From a virus (Duplodnaviria > Caudoviricetes): a stretch of 47,163 bases of DNA. The notes under the pieces are model-generated. The model was not told where the DNA came from. It made no database searches and saw only the letters and a program-made list of their open reading frames with translations. Position numbers and translations under genes: made by a program. How positions within the stretch are numbered: position 1 is the stretch's first letter; each line of letters begins with the position of its first letter. The stretch covers positions 1-47,163 of the IMG/VR virus record IMGVR_UViG_3300022871_000776; one strand, given 5' to 3'. This document shows, piece by piece, positions 20,896 through 32,510 of this stretch.

Positions 20896-21054
20896 ATGAA
20901 TATAGATTTAGACGAGCTATTAGAAAAATTAAAAACAGCATTAGCTGAGGAAGATTGAACATTGGTTGAGGAATCAATTGATATGTTATGGCAACATTTA
21001 CATGAAGAAGGCGCAATTGAATTTGCAGAAGAAAACGGATTTTGGGAGGAATAA
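20896..21054 (+). CDS. small acidic protein (TGA=Trp)
   Basis: AGGAG RBS; EED-W; TAA abuts the next ATG. Confidence 0.55.
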
Positions 21055-21762
21055 ATGAAATTAACAGATGATGAAATTATTGATTTATATAAAGAATTAG
21101 ACGCATATATTGATGAATATTTAGAAGAAAAACAAGCAAGAAAAGTATTTGCTTTAATGAAAAAATATGAAGACCAAATATTAACCGCACCAGCATCTAC
21201 AAGAACGACTTATCACGGAGCATATCCAGGCGGATGGTTAGTACATGTATTAAATGTTATTAGATTTGCACTCGAAACACATGGTGTTTGGGAAACTATG
21301 GGACTTGATATTGACTTCACAAAAGAAGACATTGTACTTGTGTCAGCTTTAAGTTTCTTTGGCAAATTAGGATTAGATGAAGAGCCTTATTACATTATGC
21401 ATCCACAATTCTCAACACGATTTAAAGCAAGAACAAAAAAGGTAAAAGCATATTGGGAAACAATTCTTTATACCGTTAATGAAAACTTACCTTACATGAA
21501 AGTGCCAGAATTAACATTGCACATTTTGCAGAAAGAAGGCATTGAACTTAGTCTAGACCAACATTTGGCGATTAAATTATCAGAAGGTATTTTTGATGAA
21601 TCAAATAAAGTTTATTTCGCCAACTCATTTAGTTCCAAACCAACTCCCAAACTTGTGATGTTATTAGTGATGGCAAACTGGATGTCAATTACTTTTGAGA
21701 AAGAGGAAGAGACCGATGGCAAAAAAGACGAAGCATTAAAAAAACTAATGGGAGCATTATAA
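21055..21762 (+). CDS. HD-domain (YhaM-like) protein with degenerate active site
   Basis: APAS...YHGAYPGG...H is present, but LSFFGK replaces the expected HDxGK. Confidence 0.65.
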   Translation: MKLTDDEIIDLYKELDAYIDEYLEEKQARKVFALMKKYEDQILTAPASTRTTYHGAYPGGWLVHVLNVIRFALETHGVWETMGLDIDFTKEDIVLVSALSFFGKLGLDEEPYYIMHPQFSTRFKARTKKVKAYWETILYTVNENLPYMKVPELTLHILQKEGIELSLDQHLAIKLSEGIFDESNKVYFANSFSSKPTPKLVMLLVMANWMSITFEKEEETDGKKDEALKKLMGAL

Positions 21763-22055
21763 TGGAAATAATTATTGCGGGATTGATAATTATAGTTATA
21801 TTATTACTAATAGCTGTATCAAATATGAATAAGAAATTGGTAAGATATGAAGATTGAACAATAGAAATGAGAAAGCAAATATACAAAATGTTTAATACTA
21901 TTAAAGTTCTTGACAATAAGCAAATGTTCGAGAAAGATGATGATGTGGGTCGCTTATGAGAAGCAATAAAAGAAACTGTAGATAAAATTGATGCGTTTGT
22001 TGTTCCTGATGGAGTGGAAGACGAAGAAGAAGACGAAGAATTAATAATTGAATAA
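21762..22055 (+). CDS. membrane-anchored hypothetical protein (TGA=Trp)
   Basis: N-terminal TM; FEKDDDVG; two TGA; TAATG coupling. Confidence 0.65.
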
Positions 22056-22065
22056 TGGAGGAAAT

Positions 22066-22290
22066 TTGAAATATACGGTGAGAAAAAAAGAATACTTTGA
22101 ACATGGAGATCATAAATACAGAATTAAATATGTAAAAACACATTTTGGTTTTAAGTGGATTTTTGTTGAGATGAAGTTGTTTTGGTTTTTTTATATGCCT
22201 GCGGATATATGTGGCGTTCCAGAGGAATTGCTTGAATACCTAAATAAAATAGAAACAATAATTAAAAAATTAGACACTGAAATGGTATAA
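22066..22290 (+). CDS. hypothetical protein
   Basis: GGAGG plus TTG start. Confidence 0.5.
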   Translation: MKYTVRKKEYFEHGDHKYRIKYVKTHFGFKWIFVEMKLFWFFYMPADICGVPEELLEYLNKIETIIKKLDTEMV

Positions 22291-23189
22291 TGGGAGGGAA
22301 TGTGGCAGAAACAGTGACAGAAAATGCAACAGAAGAAAAAGTAATTGATAAGTCAAAATGGTATTTCACAGATGAAACGGAGCAGGCAATCATAGAATAT
22401 AATCACAAACTTTCAAAATGTTGTGATGCTGATATTCGTTTTGAAAAAATAATACGAGAAGGTAAAAAGAATATTGAAAAAGAATATTGCATCACTTGTG
22501 AAAATGAATTAACCGAAGAAGAATCATATTTTAAATTTTCAGAAAAAGAACGTAGTGATCTATTTAGAGAAAAAATTTATACACCGTTTGAAAAGTTATC
22601 TCAAAGTATGATATACACATATGAATTCTTTTATTTTGACGTGCCACCGGCAGATGTTGTAAAGGAGGTTGTATCTGTTTTATGTTCAAAGATATACAGG
22701 TATCATCAAAGCGAAGGTAGAGCATTTTCATTTTTTAGTGTTGTAGCAAAACGTTACTTAATCAACAATAACAACCGTAATTACAAATATTATATAAACC
22801 ATAGTAGTATAGATGGATTTACAGACAAACAAAAAGATTTTAAGATGGCTGATATATTTAATAGAATGCAAAAAACGCCCGACCCAGAAGTCACAAAAGA
22901 TAAAAAAGAAATTTTAAAAAGGTTAATTGACTTTTTGGAAGATAATGTTGAAACGTTGTTTAATAAAAAAAGAGACACAAATATAGCATGGTCAGTAGTT
23001 GAGTTATTGAAAAATCATGACAAGGCCATAGAAAACTATCATAAAAAAGCTCTTTATATTTTAATTAGAGAATATTCTGGAGAAAAAACGCAATACATTA
23101 CCCAGGTATTAAATAAGATACGTAAGTATTATAAACAAATTGTAACTGAGTATTATAGTAATAAATTATTAATGAGGGATTTATATTAA
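22290..23189 (+). CDS. putative phage sigma-factor-like transcription protein
   Basis: YFT..TE.AI.EYN, FEKL, GRAFSFFSVVAKRYLI resembles sigma region 2; C-terminal HTH-like segment. The assignment is an inference. Confidence 0.45.
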   Translation: MGGNVAETVTENATEEKVIDKSKWYFTDETEQAIIEYNHKLSKCCDADIRFEKIIREGKKNIEKEYCITCENELTEEESYFKFSEKERSDLFREKIYTPFEKLSQSMIYTYEFFYFDVPPADVVKEVVSVLCSKIYRYHQSEGRAFSFFSVVAKRYLINNNNRNYKYYINHSSIDGFTDKQKDFKMADIFNRMQKTPDPEVTKDKKEILKRLIDFLEDNVETLFNKKRDTNIAWSVVELLKNHDKAIENYHKKALYILIREYSGEKTQYITQVLNKIRKYYKQIVTEYYSNKLLMRDLY

Positions 23190-23605
23190 TGAAAGAGAAA
23201 AAAATGACACCGCAACAACGTAAGAGGTTTGACGATATTATACTTTATGTAAGTATAATAATATTGATTATTGTGGGGTTCGTCATGGGCTTTCAACTTG
23301 CTAAGATAGCATTTTGGGGACTTGTAGGGGTTGAGGCAATATTATTGGGATTAAATTGGATAATGATAATATTTGCACCACACATGGTTAGAGCAGAAAT
23401 TGGTGCAGAAACAATCAAGAGAATTGGTATGCTCAGAACGACCAATTATGCAATAAATATGATTTTTAAAATTCCAATGATTTTGGGGTTGATAATGTTA
23501 TCACAATTTTTTGCCGCACTCACATTGATATCAACAATATTTTTTGAAGAGCATAGAGTTGTTTTAATAGAGAAGTCGCTTTTCGTAGTAAAAAATAAAA
23601 AATAA
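23189..23605 (+). CDS. membrane protein
   Basis: Several hydrophobic helices. Confidence 0.65.
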   Translation: MKEKKMTPQQRKRFDDIILYVSIIILIIVGFVMGFQLAKIAFWGLVGVEAILLGLNWIMIIFAPHMVRAEIGAETIKRIGMLRTTNYAINMIFKIPMILGLIMLSQFFAALTLISTIFFEEHRVVLIEKSLFVVKNKK

Positions 23606-23632
23606 TTTATTAAGTAGTATATATATTTTTAG

Positions 23633-23658
23633 AAGCACGGTTAACGCCGTGCTTTTTT
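23633..23658 (+). terminator. rho-independent terminator
   Basis: AAGCACGG-ttaacg-CCGTGCTT plus a T tract. Confidence 0.85.
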
Positions 23659-23741
23659 GTTTTGTAATTTTTATAGAAATGTTAATAAAAAATAATTTAT
23701 TCATTCTCATATTATAAATGATTAAAAAACATAAGATTTAC

Positions 23742-23750
23742 ATATTTATA
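23742..23750 (+). promoter_or_regulatory. candidate late promoter ATATTTAT(A/T); also at 36391, 42172 and 44678
   Basis: The same motif occurs in four larger intergenic gaps of the structural region, without TTGACA. Confidence 0.45.
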
Positions 23751-23773
23751 TTAAATAGATATGGAGGAAAACT

Positions 23774-24253
23774 ATGCCTACTAACGATTTTGATGTTTTT
23801 GATGGAAAAACATTTTCAGGTTTAATGAAAGACATTTACGACCGTTCTGATGATAAGAAGGACAAAATAGCAACGATTATTGATTCTCTAAAAGGTTTAA
23901 TTGTTACTATAGAAGACGCCGTAAGTATTTTACCAATGATTAAAGAATGTTTAGATGTTGGAGTAAAGAACGACGAACAATTAGTAAAAATGGCAGCAGT
24001 TATCCAAAGACTTGTGGCGGCAAGAAAAGATGGTGAAGATTCGGGTAGTGACTTCGATATGGATGAGTGAGAAGAAATTAAAAAGAATGCAAGCGAAGAT
24101 GTTGGCAAACTTAGGCAAGTAGATAATGGTGTAAGTGCTGAAGTTGCGGAATTAGAAGAAAATATTAAAGAAAAATTAAATGATTTAGACGACATTGACC
24201 TTGAGGAATTTGAAGAAGAACTTATGGCTGAAGATTTAGATTTAAAGGAGTAG
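23774..24253 (+). CDS. conserved phage protein (TGA=Trp)
   Basis: FDGKTFS...VKNDEQLVKMAAVIQR; acidic tail after TGA 24068. Confidence 0.7.
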
Positions 24254-24255
24254 AA

Positions 24256-25428
24256 ATGTCTTATACAGAGAATAAAAGTGCGCATTCAAATGTTAGACCA
24301 AGCAATTATAATAGTTTAAAGACAAACAACCAAGCCGTTATCTTGGGCATGAGCGCGCCTGATGTTAAGTTTTTTGAATTAGAGCCAGCGGAAGTATTAG
24401 ATGTTATATTAAATGACCAGCATCCAAGTTTTAGTACGTATGAGGATATTGGGAAAATACAAGTAAGATTATTGTATAGCCAAAAGAATTATGGCTACGG
24501 CGATAATAGTGCAAAATTAAATTGAGCAAAACCAGGCGATGCAAATGTTAAAAGTTATCCATTAAAACATGAGATAGTTATTGTTGCTAATTACATTACA
24601 AGAGAAGGTGTAATAGATAGTGCTGGTCCCGATTTAACGCCAAAAGGCTTGTATTATTTTGATAGATTAAATTTATTAAATTCGGTCAATCACAATGCAA
24701 TGCAAGATATTAGTTTAACAAAAAAATTCAAAGACACTCCATCATCAGGATATACACAGCCAGAAGATTTGGTGCTTGGAAATGAAATCAAACCAAACGA
24801 TGAAATTCACCCATTAGAATCAAAAGAAGGCGACATAATTTATGAAGGAAGATTTGGTAACTCTATTAGATTCGGCAACAACCCTGAAACTGGAGAGCCC
24901 GAAGTTTTGATTAGGAACGGCCAAAAGCCTAATATAAGCACCGTAAAGTTGGCACCAATAGTAGAAGACATTAATAAGGATTTCTCATCTATATGATTCA
25001 CTTCTGATAGAAATATACCATTAACAATAGCATGTAATAATCAGAAATCATTTTCCGCACCAAGTGAGTTTAGCGGGAAGCAAATTATTATTAATTCTGA
25101 TAGAATTATATTGAATGCGAAATATAATGAATTGCTTGGATATTCGAACACTAATATTAATTTTTCTGCAAAAGGAACGTTCAATATTAATTCCGATCAA
25201 GAAACGATTATCAATAGTAAAGCGATTTATCTTGGATTAGATGCAGAAGAAAAACTTGTAAAAGGAGATACTTTGTTAGATTTGCTAAAACAATTAGTTG
25301 ACGAGATAACGAAAATAAAAGTTATGACTGGGACTGGCCCTTCGTCACCACCAATTAATACACCACAATTTGTAGCGATAAAAAGTAAACTATCGTCATT
25401 CCTTAGTAAGCAAAATTATACATTGTAA
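24256..25428 (+). CDS. baseplate hub/central spike-like protein (TGA=Trp)
   Basis: PLKHE, EGRFGNSIRFG, QIIINSDRIILNA and a C-terminal TGTGPS..P; lies upstream of the gp25/gp6-like genes. Confidence 0.55.
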
Positions 25429-25434
25429 GATATT

Positions 25435-25899
25435 ATGGTAAATTGAGAATTAATTAAAATATCTGTTTTAGAAAGGTCAAAATTTTATTCCTTTGCAAAT
25501 GAAGAGGACTTTGCCAAGTACCTAGCGCAAATATATCATTATGCTATGACAACAAGTGCTATGAGTACAAGTGGGCAGAAGTTAGTAAGGGCGAATAGTG
25601 AGATGTTAGAAGAGATGTGAATTGCGGCATTCAAAATTGGGAAAACTGGAAATAATGTTGCAATAATTGAAAATATGAAGCAACTATTTAACAGAGGCGT
25701 ATATTTATATTGACAAGGGGCTGTGTTTGTACCTGTTCCAGTTGTAATTCCCGTTAATGTAGTACTTAATGCTGGGAATCCAGATGTATTATCGCTGTAT
25801 AATACAAATGATTTCGAAGCGTTCGTAAAAAATTTAATAAATAATTTAAAAATATATATGCAAACAATAATCGGCACAGGTTGGGTCGGAGTTGTTTAG
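25435..25899 (+). CDS. putative virion protein (TGA=Trp)
   Basis: Open only under table 4 (three TGA); fills the gap. Confidence 0.6.
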
Positions 25900-25910
25900 G
25901 GGGATAGTAA

Positions 25911-26135
25911 ATGAAAAAATCAGAAATTAGAGGAATGAGAAAAATTATTAATGAATCATTAATACATAATGCTTTATTTAATAGTATTGAATCGACAGAA
26001 AAGAAAATAAAAGCGGCAGTTGCCAAACATGAAAAGGAAAATGGAAAGTTAGCAAAGTTCGAACAAAATAAAATAAATAAAGCAATCAAGTTATTAGACG
26101 AAGTTAATAATTTATTATTTGATGTATTAGAATAG
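25911..26135 (+). CDS. MKKSE-leader protein
   Basis: MKKSEIRGMRKIINE. Confidence 0.7.
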   Translation: MKKSEIRGMRKIINESLIHNALFNSIESTEKKIKAAVAKHEKENGKLAKFEQNKINKAIKLLDEVNNLLFDVLE

Positions 26136-26143
26136 AAGACGTA

Positions 26144-26458
26144 ATGAAAAAATCAGAAGTTAGGCAAATGATAAAAGAAGAAATATTAAGATTAAAAGAG
26201 GAAACGGAATATTATTTTGATTTAACAAAAGATAATACAGAAAAATATATTGCTAAAGATAACAAAGGTAGTTTATATATTGGTACAATTGGAATGAAAA
26301 AGGGCAAATCATTCTTAAAATTTAAATTAGTTTTGGCAAGATTTTATAGTGTATTTGATGTTAGATTAAATAAAGGTAAAATCAAAAAAGTATCCTCAAA
26401 AGATTTAGAAAAAGATGTCACTATGCCTGTTGACTTCGAGAAATTATATAAAAGATAA
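26144..26458 (+). CDS. MKKSE-leader protein
   Basis: MKKSEVRQMIKEEILRLKE. Confidence 0.7.
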   Translation: MKKSEVRQMIKEEILRLKEETEYYFDLTKDNTEKYIAKDNKGSLYIGTIGMKKGKSFLKFKLVLARFYSVFDVRLNKGKIKKVSSKDLEKDVTMPVDFEKLYKR

Positions 26459-26472
26459 ATATAGGAGTTATA

Positions 26473-27078
26473 ATGAAAAAATCAGAAATTAAAGAAATCA
26501 TGAAGGAAGCGGTAAAGGAAAGTTTGAATGAAAGTTTTATTGCCAACATTATCGAAATAGTTGTAAGGACTACGGAGAAAACGGTTGAAAGGAAACTTGA
26601 TGAAAATTTCAAAAAAATACTTCGCAAAAACCTTATGGTCGAAACAAAAAAACCTATTGGTAGAAAACCAGTTAAGAGAAAGAAAGTAGTAAAAAAGCAA
26701 ATAGTCGATAGTGAGCCTGAGAAAAAAATTGTATTTTCAAAAGACCCAGTAATCAATAAGATGTTGAAACAAACTATGCTAACAACAACGCCAGGAATGC
26801 TTGAAGAGTATGGGGCGAAAACGCCTGATATGAAGCAACTTGGAGAAGCATATAACGATCAATTGATGCAAGAGAATGGTGGGTTAAATGAGAACGTTCA
26901 ATTACAAATTCCTACATTATCAGAAGACTTAGGGCTTGACACATTACAAGGTTCGGTAATGGATAACAAAGCACTTGCTAATGTATTCAAGAAAGACTAT
27001 AGAAAAACATTAAAAAAAATGAAAGAGAATGTGAGTACAGGTCTTCCTGAAGCGGTGCAATTTTATGAGGCTAAATAA
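26473..27078 (+). CDS. MKKSE-leader protein
   Basis: MKKSEIKEIMKEAVKESLNE. Confidence 0.7.
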   Translation: MKKSEIKEIMKEAVKESLNESFIANIIEIVVRTTEKTVERKLDENFKKILRKNLMVETKKPIGRKPVKRKKVVKKQIVDSEPEKKIVFSKDPVINKMLKQTMLTTTPGMLEEYGAKTPDMKQLGEAYNDQLMQENGGLNENVQLQIPTLSEDLGLDTLQGSVMDNKALANVFKKDYRKTLKKMKENVSTGLPEAVQFYEAK

Positions 27079-27080
27079 TA

Positions 27081-27476
27081 ATGAAAGATGATAAGCGAAG
27101 ATTTATTGGATTAAATCAGCCAATCACAAATAGTCAGTTTGGGTATTTCAATCCAACATTGACAAGTGACGCACGTATTCAATCAAATCTTAAACACTTA
27201 TTATTAACAAATAGAGGCGAAAGAATTATGCACCCTAACTTTGGATGTGATATTTACAAAACATTATTTGAAAACATCGACAATCTTAACACGCCTTTTG
27301 ATACATTAAAAGATAGAATATTAGGGCAAACGCAACTATGAATGCCATATATTGTAGTAAATAAAGTTGAAATATCAATTGATGAGTATGATGGAAATAA
27401 AGTCCATATTGCCGTAAATTATGTGACTTATGGCAACAAACAAGATACTTTGAACGTCGATATAATTGTAGCATAA
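27081..27476 (+). CDS. baseplate wedge subunit, GPW/gp25 family (TGA=Trp)
   Basis: NLKHLLLTNRGERIMHPNFGC...W-MPY. Confidence 0.85.
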
Positions 27477-27489
27477 TTCGGAGAATAAG

Positions 27490-29346
27490 ATGGAAAAGAA
27501 AAAAATAAAATATTTGAATAAAGAATTTGGGGCACTTAAAGAAGATTTAGTTAATTTTGCAAAGACATACTTTCCAAATACATATAATGACTTTAACGCT
27601 GAATCGCCTGGTATGATGTTTATTGAAATGGCCGCATATGTTGGCGACGTACTTTCATATTATACAGATTATCAAATGAAAGAACAACTGCTTACGCAAG
27701 CCGATGAAAGAGAAAACGTAATGATATTGGCACAATCTTTTGGATACATTCCAAAAGTGACAACGCCATCAAGTGCAACTTTAGATGTGTATATGGTTGT
27801 TCCGGCAATTGGGTCTGGGAGTGTTGAAAGAATAGTGCCAGATTATAATTATGCTTTAACAATAAATGGCGGGCTTGAAGTTTCATCAACTGGTGATAAT
27901 TCAATAAGATTTAGAACAGAGGAGCCAATTATATTTAACAATTTCGATAACTCTTTGACTCCAACGGTGTATGAATATGATGGAAGTGGCAACGCAACAT
28001 ACTTTTTACTTAAAAAACAAGTACAAGTTTATTCTGCCGAAATTGCAACAGAGACATACCCAACGCCAACCAATCCAGAAAAATATTGGAAGATGGAATT
28101 ATTGCGAGACGATATTATTGGTATAAAAAGCATCATCGATTCGGATAGTGATAAATGACATGAAGTTCCATTCCTGGCACAAGATGCAGTTTTCATTGAT
28201 GAGCCAAATATACATTGGGATGATTACAAAGAGTATAGTGGTTCAGTACCATATCTTCTTAAATTAAGAAAAGTTCCAAATAGATTTGTTAAAAGAATTA
28301 CAAGCGATGATAAAGTGCAATTACAATTTGGTGCTGGCATTTCTGACAATCCTGATGAGATTATTATTCCAAACCCAAGTGATTATAACAACATTTCAAT
28401 TAATGATGTTAGTGGCATAGATAGTGCTATAGACCCATCAAACTTTATGTACACAAAAACATACGGGCAAGTACCTTATGATACAACATTAACAATTGAA
28501 TATAGTTATGGTGGTGGTATTGATTCAAATGTTGCTCAAGGCGAAATTACAAAAGTTTCAAATATTTCGTTTGATGAACCAGCAACGGGATTAGCTGTAG
28601 CAACCGTGAACGCTGTGAAAAGTTCAGTTGCCGTATCAAACTCAACAGGTGCAAGTGGGGGTAGTTCGGCGGAAACAACAGACGAAATTAGACAAAATGC
28701 TTTGGCTCACTTTGCAACACAATATAGGGCAGTAACAAAGGAAGATTATATTACAAGAGCAATGTCAATGCCTGCAAAATATGGCTCTATTGCTAAAGTG
28801 TATATAGCCCAAGATACTCAATTTAACAAACGAAGTGAAGAAATTATAAATCCATTGGCATTAAATTTATACACATTGGGATATAATGCAAATATGGAAC
28901 TAACACAATTAAATCCTGCCGTTAAGAGAAATATAAAAACTTATTTAGATAGATATAGAATGTTAACCGATGCTATTAATATTTTAGATGCGTGAATTAT
29001 TAATATTGGTGTAAAGTTTGAAATTATTACATTTCCACAATACAATAAGAACGAAATATTATTAAAGTGCATTGACAAGGTGACTGAAATTTTTGATATT
29101 AAGAAATGGCAAATAAATCAACCAATAATTATTTCTGATATAATGAATGAGTTATTGGCAGTTGAAGGTGTAAGAAATGTAAACGATGTTCGAATATTTA
29201 ATAAGTATTTGGAATCAGAAGGGTATGATGGCAATTTATATTCACTTGAAGCGGCAACCAAAAATGGTGTAGTATTCCCAAGTTTAGACCCTTCAATATT
29301 TTCATTGAAATATCCATCAAAAGATATATTAGGTAAGGCAAGATAA
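27490..29346 (+). CDS. baseplate wedge protein, T4 gp6/baseplate J-like (TGA=Trp)
   Basis: DFNAESPGMMFIEMAAYVGDVLSYY, GGSSAET, QYRAVTKEDY; three track ORFs in one frame. Confidence 0.85.
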
Positions 29347-29357
29347 GGAGATAATAA

Positions 29358-29594
29358 ATGAGCAAATTTACAAACTTAATAGTAGAAGGAAGAGAAATTG
29401 ATAAGATTGAATTTTATTTTAATAATAAACAATTTTACCCAATTTTGTTAGCAAAAAACAAGAAAGACTTACAGAAAGCAATTGATGATTTTCACCTACA
29501 TCATGCTGAAAATTTAAGTCCATTATTAAAATTACTCAATGTTAAAGAGGAGCATATTATAAAATTCTTACCATTGTTGTTTGATAATAAGTAG
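29358..29594 (+). CDS. hypothetical protein with CTS-like leader (MSKFTNLIVE-G)
   Basis: AGGAG RBS. Confidence 0.6.
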   Translation: MSKFTNLIVEGREIDKIEFYFNNKQFYPILLAKNKKDLQKAIDDFHLHHAENLSPLLKLLNVKEEHIIKFLPLLFDNK

Positions 29595-29609
29595 ATTAGG
29601 AGATATATT

Positions 29610-30029
29610 GTGGATAGTGAGAAATTGCAGGAAATTATTGCAAAGTTTTTTGTAAAATATAAAAACCCAACCGATACACAAGTGCATAAATTGGCTGAAA
29701 AGTTAAATATTGATAAACATGCGTTAGAAGGTACAATATATGGTTTGTTGTCATCATTCTTATATAATGGAAGATATAATGAAAGTATTAGAGATGGTAA
29801 AAATGTTGAAGTGATAGGCACAGAACTCCAAGCTGGTATTGGGATTGAAATGGAACATACAAATGATAAGAAGATTGCTAAAAGAATTACCCTAGATCAT
29901 TTGGCAGAGTTTCCAGATTACTATACACGATTAATTAAAATGGAAACTGAAGCCGAACAACAACATGAACAATTGAAACAAGAAAGCTCTATGAAACAAA
30001 TTGTTCGTGATGTATTTGAAGGAGAATAA
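29610..30029 (+). CDS. DUF5661-domain protein
   Basis: ELQAGIGIEMEHT...IA..I.LDHL.E.PDYYTRL.KME. Confidence 0.7.
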   Translation: MDSEKLQEIIAKFFVKYKNPTDTQVHKLAEKLNIDKHALEGTIYGLLSSFLYNGRYNESIRDGKNVEVIGTELQAGIGIEMEHTNDKKIAKRITLDHLAEFPDYYTRLIKMETEAEQQHEQLKQESSMKQIVRDVFEGE

Positions 30030-30032
30030 CAA

Positions 30033-30254
30033 ATGATAAAATTACCATTAAAAAAAAATGACGATATATTAACTGGAAAGTTTAAGAATAAGAAAGAGAA
30101 GGTTAAAAGTTTCGGCACAGATAAAAACGGCCAACCAACAATAAATGGAAGAAAAATGCTAACATTTAGAATTGTTAAAATGTGAAAAACAGAAGGTACA
30201 GAGTTAGATTTAAAACAAATCGAAGAAGATATTTTTGGTGAGGAAGAAGAGTAA
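30033..30254 (+). CDS. small conserved phage protein (TGA=Trp)
   Basis: ILTGKFKNK..VKSFGTDKNGQPTINGR..FR. Confidence 0.6.
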
Positions 30255-30257
30255 AAT

Positions 30258-30467
30258 ATGATTCATCAAGATAAATTTAAGGTTTATATTTCAAGAAACC
30301 CATATAAACCCGAACCTTCTGAATATTCATATAGAAGAGATTGGTCAAGAGGTAAGAGTTATTTCCTAACACACAAGGGCAAAGATATTGGACATTATAC
30401 TGATGCTGATACGTTATTTGGAGAATTAAAAGAATTAAGAAAATTGGAGAAAGTAAATGATTTATAG
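30258..30467 (+). CDS. hypothetical protein
   Basis: 69 aa ORF, tightly packed. Confidence 0.5.
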   Translation: MIHQDKFKVYISRNPYKPEPSEYSYRRDWSRGKSYFLTHKGKDIGHYTDADTLFGELKELRKLEKVNDL

Positions 30468-31542
30468 GATAACAAGTTCCATGGATGCGACGATATATGG
30501 AAATAATTTAAGTCAAAATACAGGTTTAGATGAAATACTTGAAATTAGAAAATATCAAAAAGATAGTATATTTTACTCATCAAGAATATTAACTAAATTT
30601 GATTTAAGCAATATCTCTGCGTCAATTAATGATGGAACAATTAGCTCATCAGCATCATTCTATCTAAATATGTATGTAACCGACGCAAATGAAATCCCAT
30701 TAGATTATAAATTATACGGGCATCCAGTTTCTGAAAGTTGAGAAATGGGCATAGGTAAATTTTCATATAGTCCAGCAATTACTGATGGCGTAAGTTGGAA
30801 ATATAAAGATACAAGTAGTGGTAGTGAGTGGTTAACAGGTTCGTGAGCAAGTGGAACAACGGGTTCGTCCGCAGGTGGCGGAACTTGATATACAGCTTCG
30901 GTAGTTTCACAATCATATTCTTATCAAAAAGCCGACCTTCATTTGGACGTAACAGCAATTGTTAATAACTGGTTAGACAATACGATAGTTAATGATGGGT
31001 TTATTTTGAAACGTTCTGGTTCCGATGAAGAAAGTTCATCATCATTGGGTTCGATTAAATTCTTTTCGAAAGAATCAAATACAATATTTCAACCAACTTT
31101 AGAAGTTAGGTGAGATGACTCGTCCTACGAAACAGGTTCGGTAACTCCAATAATTTCAGGCTCAACATTAATTGATGATATTAATATTACAATGAGACGA
31201 ATGAGACCTAAATATCATTTAGCAGGCAAACCAAGATTTAGGATAAACCCAAGAGAATTGTATCCTACAAAAACATTCGCCACATCATCCGCTCAAATGA
31301 CTATAAAATATTTACCAACGTCATCTTACTATTCTGTTATTGATACAAATAGTGGTTTAGAATTAATTCCATTTGACACAGATAATACAAAAATGAGTTG
31401 CGACGAAAATGGTAATTATTTTGATTTATGAATGGATCAATTTGAGCCCGAAAGATATTATAAAATATTATTCAAAGTAATAGACGATGAGGGCTATGAA
31501 AGAATATTCGAAAATAGATATATGTTTGAGGTAGTTGAGTAA
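30457..31542 (+). CDS. virion structural protein, DNRLRE-like beta domain (TGA=Trp)
   Basis: DATIY, NTGLDEILE, SRIL.KFD, SES-W-EMG.G, GGT-W, DVT.IV..W, P.LEVR-W-DD. Confidence 0.7.
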
Positions 31543-32510
31543 TGGGAACTAATTTAACAAGTAGCGTTGATGAAAAAATTAGCACGAATGATTATATAAC
31601 AAGTAGTGTTTATAAAACAGACTACAGCACAGAAAAAAAAGAAGAAGTGTTTGATACCGTAATAGGTGAATTATATGTAGAGCCTGGCACATTTATTAGA
31701 ACAAGTGACAACTTCTGAAACTTTTTCAATGACACAAGTTCTGCAATACCAAACTTTGAACCTGACGATAGGTCACATCAATATTTGGTTAATAATGCTC
31801 GCAATGCAAGTCAAGGGGAAATTATAGTCTTCCAATTTGGCGATTATTCGGTGTCTTTTAATGATGTTGGGCAGATTGTTCAAGACTCGTCTTCTCTTGC
31901 TACTCAAGTTAATGCATTAAATACTATAGTTAATGATTTAAATACTATAATAGAAACACAAAATAGTGGCGACGAAGATGAATTATTTGTTCCTGTCCCA
32001 AATGGAAATTTTGAATTATGAACAGATGGCGCACCAAATGATTGAACCGTGGGCTCTACTGACAATATACTTAAAGTTGCAGGAGTTGATAATGGGAGTG
32101 CAGTAAGAATAACTAGAACTGTTGATAACGGCGTTAATCCAGACCAAATTTATTCTCCAGAAATATGATTTAATGCTTTTGAAAATATAAGAGTAAGTGG
32201 GTACGCAAGAACGAATGCGGGCGGGGCATATTGAGTAGTTATGGCGGATACCAGAGGCGACTCACCTTATTCTTGATATAAAAGAGAGAATGGAACAGAC
32301 ACCAATGAAGAATGGGAAGAATTTGTATTTGATGTTACGCCCAATGTTCCTATTTATCCTGGATATTCAGGATGTACGGGAAGAATACGTATTTACGCAG
32401 GAACCAAGAACATTGGGGAGCCTGGAAGTTGAGTAGAGTATGCTAATATTAGAGTGGAAAGATTAATTGGTGATACTTCAGATACAAGTACGACTATAGG
32501 AATTTTATAG
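31542..32510 (+). CDS. virion protein with carbohydrate-binding-module-like domain (TGA=Trp)
   Basis: VPNGNFEL-W-TDG.P.D-W, EWEEF; many TGA. Confidence 0.6.
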
